DNA from: an uncultured delta proteobacterium
Lineage (GTDB): Bacteria; Desulfobacterota; Binatia; UBA9968
Length of the DNA stretch: 64,000 bases
Direction: 5' to 3'
Assembly (NCBI GenBank): GCA_963804165.1
Contig: CAWDPO010000040.1
Coordinates: 128,001 to 192,000, forward strand
How positions within the stretch are numbered: the first letter of the stretch is position 1; the number at the start of each line of letters is the position of its first letter. Shown here piece after piece: positions 59,457 through 64,000 of this stretch. Under the pieces are notes generated by a model. It had not been told where the DNA came from, searched no databases, and saw only the letters and a list, made by a program, of their open reading frames with translations. Made by a program: the position numbers and the translations under genes.

Positions 59457-60266
59457 CTGTCCTTGCCGGCGAAGTTTCCAACGAACTAGCGAGCGCGATA
59501 TCGACGCCCGCGCGCCGGGGAAATTAATCTGACTCTACCAAGGAGCGGCACGTAGAGATTGCTGTTCTGGATTGATTCAGTTCAGCCATTTCGCTTTCGA
59601 CCTCGCCCGCTCGTAGTCTCGTGTCTTCCGCGGTCGGAGCTTGCCGGGCTCATGGGGTCGCAGCCAACGGTCAGAGTTGCGGTGAAAAGTGCCGACGGCA
59701 GTGACCACAGACGACGGAAAGTGTTGTCGAAAGATAAACGCTTCGAAGCCTGTGCGAAAAATCAATACATCGTCCAGGTAAAAGCCGACACTCGTTAGCT
59801 CAAGTCGCGACAGGCTCGCACTGTATTTCGTCTGAATACAAATACTTATTGGCGCGCCAATCGGTGGCGTGATGTTTGCTCCATGGCCACTTGCAAATCA
59901 ATAATTTAACGACAGTCAAAGTAAAGCCCGGCGACACTGTAGAGGGTGGCTCGGTGCTCGTTATCGTCGAGTAATGAGTTTTTAACCAATTTTTGTTGGT
60001 CACTTAGATTCATTCGTGTTATAGCAGCCAAAAATGATTCCCGCTGTCGGTGACAGAGGATGTTCTTTGTATCACATCTGGAATGGGACATCGCATTTTT
60101 GCAAACGCTTAGCTCTGCGCGATGGCGAAAAAATAATTTCCAGAGGAGGGGGATGCACATGAGTTCGGACGAATCCTCATGATCGGGGGAAGCAATCGGT
60201 TAAGGCCGCAGATTCAACCAAAACGCGCAAGATTTATAACTCTAACTGAAATCGAGAGGTTCCTAC

Positions 60267-60830
60267 ATGAAAAGTAAATTCGGGTTTTACTTCATTATTG
60301 CTGCCTGCGCCATTTCTCTTGTGGTATTCGGCGTCAATCCGGTTTCTGCCCTGCCGCTTGACGGTGACAGCGAGATCCAAATATCTGGCGGCTTTTCTCA
60401 CGCCCAAGGCAGTGATACCGGCAATTTCAATGGGGAATTTAATTACGGATACTATTTAAGCCCCGGGTGGGAGCTCGGCTTCCGTCAAGGTGTTGATTAT
60501 AATTTCGTTGATGACGGGTCCGATGCTTGGCATGCGACAACTACTCCTTTCATTCACTACAATTTCAGAGTTACGGACGTTCTCGTACCCTATCTCGGGA
60601 TATTCGGTGGAGTGGTTTGGAACGACCGAGACGTTACTGGAACCACCGGACCCGCTGCAGGGTTAAAGCTTTTTGTCGCGGAGCAAACGTTTCTCAATAT
60701 CGGATACCGCTATGAGTGGTTTTTCAAATCCTTCGAAGCCGCGAGGGACAATCGGACTCATGGCAATCATGTGGCGAATATTGGTTTAGGATATGTCTGG
60801 GGAGGCTCTGGAGACAGGAAGACCAGGTGA
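60267..60830 (+). CDS. Outer-membrane beta-barrel protein
   Basis: Signal peptide; alternating aromatic/Gly strands; VPYLG, NIGLGYVW. Confidence 0.8.
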   Translation: MKSKFGFYFIIAACAISLVVFGVNPVSALPLDGDSEIQISGGFSHAQGSDTGNFNGEFNYGYYLSPGWELGFRQGVDYNFVDDGSDAWHATTTPFIHYNFRVTDVLVPYLGIFGGVVWNDRDVTGTTGPAAGLKLFVAEQTFLNIGYRYEWFFKSFEAARDNRTHGNHVANIGLGYVWGGSGDRKTR

Positions 60831-61073
60831 AGCGACGAGTGTGCGTTCTTGCTTGAGTTCCGTCATGGCGGGTCATGCTACCTTGCGACTCTGAATTGAC
60901 GACTTCGGCGCGACTGACGCAAACCGAGCTGCGACAGGGTAACCTGCGACTAAGAGGGCAACCGAGTCGGTTGCCCTCTATATTTGTTTCTCGATCCGAG
61001 GGTGCTGACTTATGGCCTAGCTGCGGGACACATCGAAAGTCGAAATTGACTAAATTGTGGATAGGGAAAGCCG

Positions 61074-61205
61074 ATGTATTTACCCATACGGTGTGTCACT
61101 TGCAGCGGTAAGGGATACAAAAGAAAGTGGGTGTTTAGAAAAATACGATGCACAAAGTGCAAAGGACGAGGTCAATGCATGATCTTGGCTGTCAGACATC
61201 ACTAG
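61074..61205 (+). CDS. Small DnaJ-type zinc-finger protein (43 aa)
   Basis: MYLPIRCVTCSGKGYKRKWVFRKIRCTKCKGRGQCMILAVRHH; two CxxCxGxG; SD aggga. Confidence 0.6.
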   Translation: MYLPIRCVTCSGKGYKRKWVFRKIRCTKCKGRGQCMILAVRHH

Positions 61206-61331
61206 CCTGCGAGATCGCCAAACAGTCACTCACGCCGCGGCCAATTATTTTGATCTCATTGATCTAAGGCGAAAACGATAACGACCAAGCGATATGAAGT
61301 TGCTGCTTCCATCTCTTCAGGAGACGGGTAG

Positions 61332-61761
61332 ATGATGAACACAGATTATCAGAGCAGCGAGGGGAAATGACCGGGGCGAATCGATTAGGGAATTAATGCG
61401 CGGCATTTTACATGACGCCCGCACGCTTTCGAGCAAGGAATTCACCGCCGCCAAGCTCGAGATTCGCGAGGAAGTCCGCAATGCGGTGCGTTCAAGTATT
61501 TTCCTGGGTGTCGGCCTATTTAGCTTGGCCACCGGCATTGTCTTTCTTTCCGTTGTACTCGCGTTAGTTCTCGCCCTCTATTTGGCCCTGCCGATATGGG
61601 CAAGTCTTGGCATCGTCGGTGCCGTGTACACGATTTTGGGATCGATCATAACTCTTGTCGGCCAGCGGAAGATGCGAAGAGCCACAGCGATTCCACACGA
61701 CACTTTACACAGCACCAAAGAAGACGCGCAGTACATCCGTGAAAAGGCAATGGGCCACTGA
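61332..61761 (+). CDS. Phage-holin-like (DUF1469) membrane protein; probable 1-nt frameshift in a G4 run near 61362
   Basis: SIRELMRGILHD...KEFTAAKLEIREE plus 2 TM and P..T; SD caggag + ATG 61332 joins the frame if one G is removed; in-frame ATG at 61396. Confidence 0.75.
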
Positions 61762-61776
61762 AGCGGAGGATCTTCG

Positions 61777-62109
61777 ATGAACGAGACCCTGGAGGACGTT
61801 CGGCGCGATATCAAAAATACGCGCGTGGCGCTCGGCGAGAAACTCAGCCGGCTTGAAAACAAAATCGAAACCACGGCAACGACCACGTTGAATCCCGCCT
61901 ACTATGTGAGAACTCGCCCATGGCCGACACTTGGAATCGTTACCGTGATGGGCTGGATCGTCGGTCGTTCATTACAGCCGAGGCAAAAAGGGTCTACGAC
62001 TAAGTCGAACATCCTGGTTGGGAGCTTCGCTTCCGCCGCCGCCAGCATGACGGGCGCAATCGCGGCGGAACTGTTCCGCGACTTTCTCAGAAGGCGCAAA
62101 ACAGAATGA
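61777..62109 (+). CDS. DUF3618-like protein
   Basis: VRRDIKNTRVALGEKLSRLE, PW + TM; typical partner of DUF1469; SD ggagga. Confidence 0.75.
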   Translation: MNETLEDVRRDIKNTRVALGEKLSRLENKIETTATTTLNPAYYVRTRPWPTLGIVTVMGWIVGRSLQPRQKGSTTKSNILVGSFASAAASMTGAIAAELFRDFLRRRKTE

Positions 62110-62188
62110 TCCTGAATCCCGTCTCCTAAACAATTTGAGCGTCTTGAACGATTCGAACCTTTTGAACGGTTTTAATTCCAGGTGGAAC

Positions 62189-64000
62189 TCAAAGCCGTTT
62201 CATCATCTTCTCCGTGATTGCCCTTCGGGCTGCTTCAAAGTCGTCCCACGGATCTTTCTTCAATCGCTCCAGCCGCTTTGGCACTGTGTGCAGGGTAAAT
62301 TGTGTACGCACGTCGTCTTTCAGTTCCTGCCATCTTAGCGGCAGCGAAACCGGCGCGCCCGCTCGCGCCCGCGTGGAATAAGCGCATACCGCAGTGGCCG
62401 TTTTGGCGTTGCGCAGGTAATCGATAAAAACCTTATCCTTTCGCTTTGCTTTGGACATGGTCGCTGTGTACCGGTCGGGTCTCTCATGAACGATGCTTTG
62501 AGCGACGGCTTTGGCAAATTCCTTGACAAACGTCCAATCTTTTGTCGGCTTGACAGGAACGACGACGTGCAGCCCTTTGCCTCCGGTGCTCTTGAGAAAG
62601 GCGCTTAGACCGAGATCGGATATGCGCTTTTTGAGCGTCATCGCGGCGTCTTTTAGCGCGGTCCATGATAGAGTCACGTCCGGATCGAGATCGAAAACCA
62701 ACTGATCGGGCTGCTCGATATGTTCCGCGCGCGCTCCCCAGGTGTGGATTTCCAAGACGCCCATTTGTACGAGTGCGATCAGGCCGGAGAGGGAATCGAT
62801 CGAAACGTAGGAAGCGATAGATTTGTTGTCTTTAACGCGGATGGCGCCAATCGCCGGGTCGAGCGATTCGTTGGTGTGGCGCTGGTAGAAGCACTGCTTG
62901 GCGTATCCTCCGGGGCAACGCACTAACGTGAGCGGACGGCCCGCGACGTGTGGCAGCATCCAGTCGGCGACGCTAGCGTAGTAGTGCGCGAGATCGAGCT
63001 TGGTAATTCCCTGTTCGGGATAGAGCACGCGGTCGGGATGGGTCAGTTGGATTCCAGCGATCTCGCGAGCTGCGCCGTTACCCTTGTTTGACGTAACGAC
63101 TTTGGCGGTGGAAGCCGCTTCTTCACGCTGAATTTCATCCACCGGTTTGTCTTCTCTCAGATCTTTAAAGGAAGGGTGGCGGAGCAGTTTGTCATTGGTC
63201 CATGCGGTAAATGCCACTTCAGCGACGAGCTTGGGTTTTATCCAGTGGACGCCTTTCGCTTGTCGGCGCGGTGGAGGATTGGCAAAGGGAGATGACTTGA
63301 TCGCGAGCTTGTTCATACGAGCGCGGAGATCGCGCAAAGTCGTTTCGGTAAACCCGGTGCCGACCCGTCCCGCATAGCGCAGGGAGTGGTTATCATCATA
63401 AAATCCGAGCAATAGCGCGCCGAATGCGGTGCGCGAACCGGCAGGATCGGTGAATCCGCCGATGACAAACTCTTGGCTATGCACACATTTGATCTTCAGC
63501 CAATCACGGCTGCGGGTGGGACGATAAGGCTGATCCGCTCTTTTCGAGACAATCCCTTCGAGCCCTGCTTTGCACGCCTTTTCGAAAAGTTCATCGCCCT
63601 GCGCGATCCAATGGTCGCTGTAACGTATCAACTCAGGGGTGGCGGCTTTCGTCTTTGGTTTGAGGAAGCTTTCCAGGGTTTCTTTGCGCGCCGAGAGAGG
63701 CGCGGCAGTAAAATCCCGCCCGTTCAAATAAAGCAGGTCGAAGACAAAATAACTTAGATTGACCGGCGCGTGTTCCCTCAGGGAGTTTTGTAAAAGCTGA
63801 AAATCGCTAGTGCCGTCTTCCTTGAGGGCGACGATCTCACCATCGAGAAACGCCTGGCGCGCGGGGAAATTCTTCAGCGCATCCGCGATCACGCTAAAGC
63901 GCTTGGTCCAATCATGCGCTTCGCGGGTCAGTAATGTGACTCGCCCTTTATCGATCCGAGAGAGAATGCGATAACCGTCGAACTTTAGTTCGTGCAGCCA
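62189..64000 (-). CDS. ligD: NHEJ DNA ligase D (ligase + polymerase domains), 5' end beyond the window
   Basis: Frame open to the window edge: WLHELKFDGYR (motif I), LDGEI, FDLL, EGIVSK, WLKIK; Pol domain FDLDP, GGKGLHV, FIDYLRN. Confidence 0.95.
   Translation of the reverse strand, partial: WLHELKFDGYRILSRIDKGRVTLLTREAHDWTKRFSVIADALKNFPARQAFLDGEIVALKEDGTSDFQLLQNSLREHAPVNLSYFVFDLLYLNGRDFTAAPLSARKETLESFLKPKTKAATPELIRYSDHWIAQGDELFEKACKAGLEGIVSKRADQPYRPTRSRDWLKIKCVHSQEFVIGGFTDPAGSRTAFGALLLGFYDDNHSLRYAGRVGTGFTETTLRDLRARMNKLAIKSSPFANPPPRRQAKGVHWIKPKLVAEVAFTAWTNDKLLRHPSFKDLREDKPVDEIQREEAASTAKVVTSNKGNGAAREIAGIQLTHPDRVLYPEQGITKLDLAHYYASVADWMLPHVAGRPLTLVRCPGGYAKQCFYQRHTNESLDPAIGAIRVKDNKSIASYVSIDSLSGLIALVQMGVLEIHTWGARAEHIEQPDQLVFDLDPDVTLSWTALKDAAMTLKKRISDLGLSAFLKSTGGKGLHVVVPVKPTKDWTFVKEFAKAVAQSIVHERPDRYTATMSKAKRKDKVFIDYLRNAKTATAVCAYSTRARAGAPVSLPLRWQELKDDVRTQFTLHTVPKRLERLKKDPWDDFEAARRAITEKMMKRL

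Noticed and set aside
59559-60160. Short ORFs in the long intergenic region (also 45731-46216)
   Set aside because: No SD, motif or coding signal could be recognised.
61332-61761. Prophage inferred from the holin-like gene
   Set aside because: DUF1469-type proteins are common in stress loci, and no phage structural, lysis or integrase genes are present.
62135-62176. Repeated TTGAACG-like words
   Set aside because: Short and degenerate with no spacer structure; not a CRISPR array.

Overview
A 64 kb, gene-dense general-stress island from a diderm bacterium. The style of the small hypothetical proteins and intergenic repeats suggests a deltaproteobacterial or Binatota-like genome; this is an impression only. 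Effector genes include three BON proteins, two glycine-zipper stress proteins, two CBS proteins, hemerythrin, YihY, an AI-2E transporter, cyclic beta-1,2-glucan synthase, KatE, a ferritin-like protein, an oxidoreductase, CHAD, DAGK, OpgG/OpgH, DUF883, SOD, AhpC and LigD (cut by the window end). At the centre is a signalling block: a single-domain response regulator, kaiC-kaiB-kaiB (no kaiA), and four tandem histidine kinases with different sensors but near-identical DHp helices. A GlrR/NtrC-type sigma54 activator is transcribed divergently nearby. Reading the intergenic DNA shows 12 (+1 imperfect) co-oriented sigma54 -24/-12 motifs in front of stress genes, and several TGTC-N10-GACA-like palindromes. 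The top hypothesis is a Kai-coupled multi-kinase pathway driving a sigma54-dependent general stress regulon. Several microproteins absent from the ORF track were found (metallothionein, C2HC zinc finger, DnaJ-type zinc finger, zinc ribbon, a 24-aa membrane peptide). There are also two apparent non-canonical start codons (ATT, ACG), four frameshifts (possibly sequencing errors) and MITE/REP-like repeats. No rRNA, tRNA, CRISPR array or transposase was seen.
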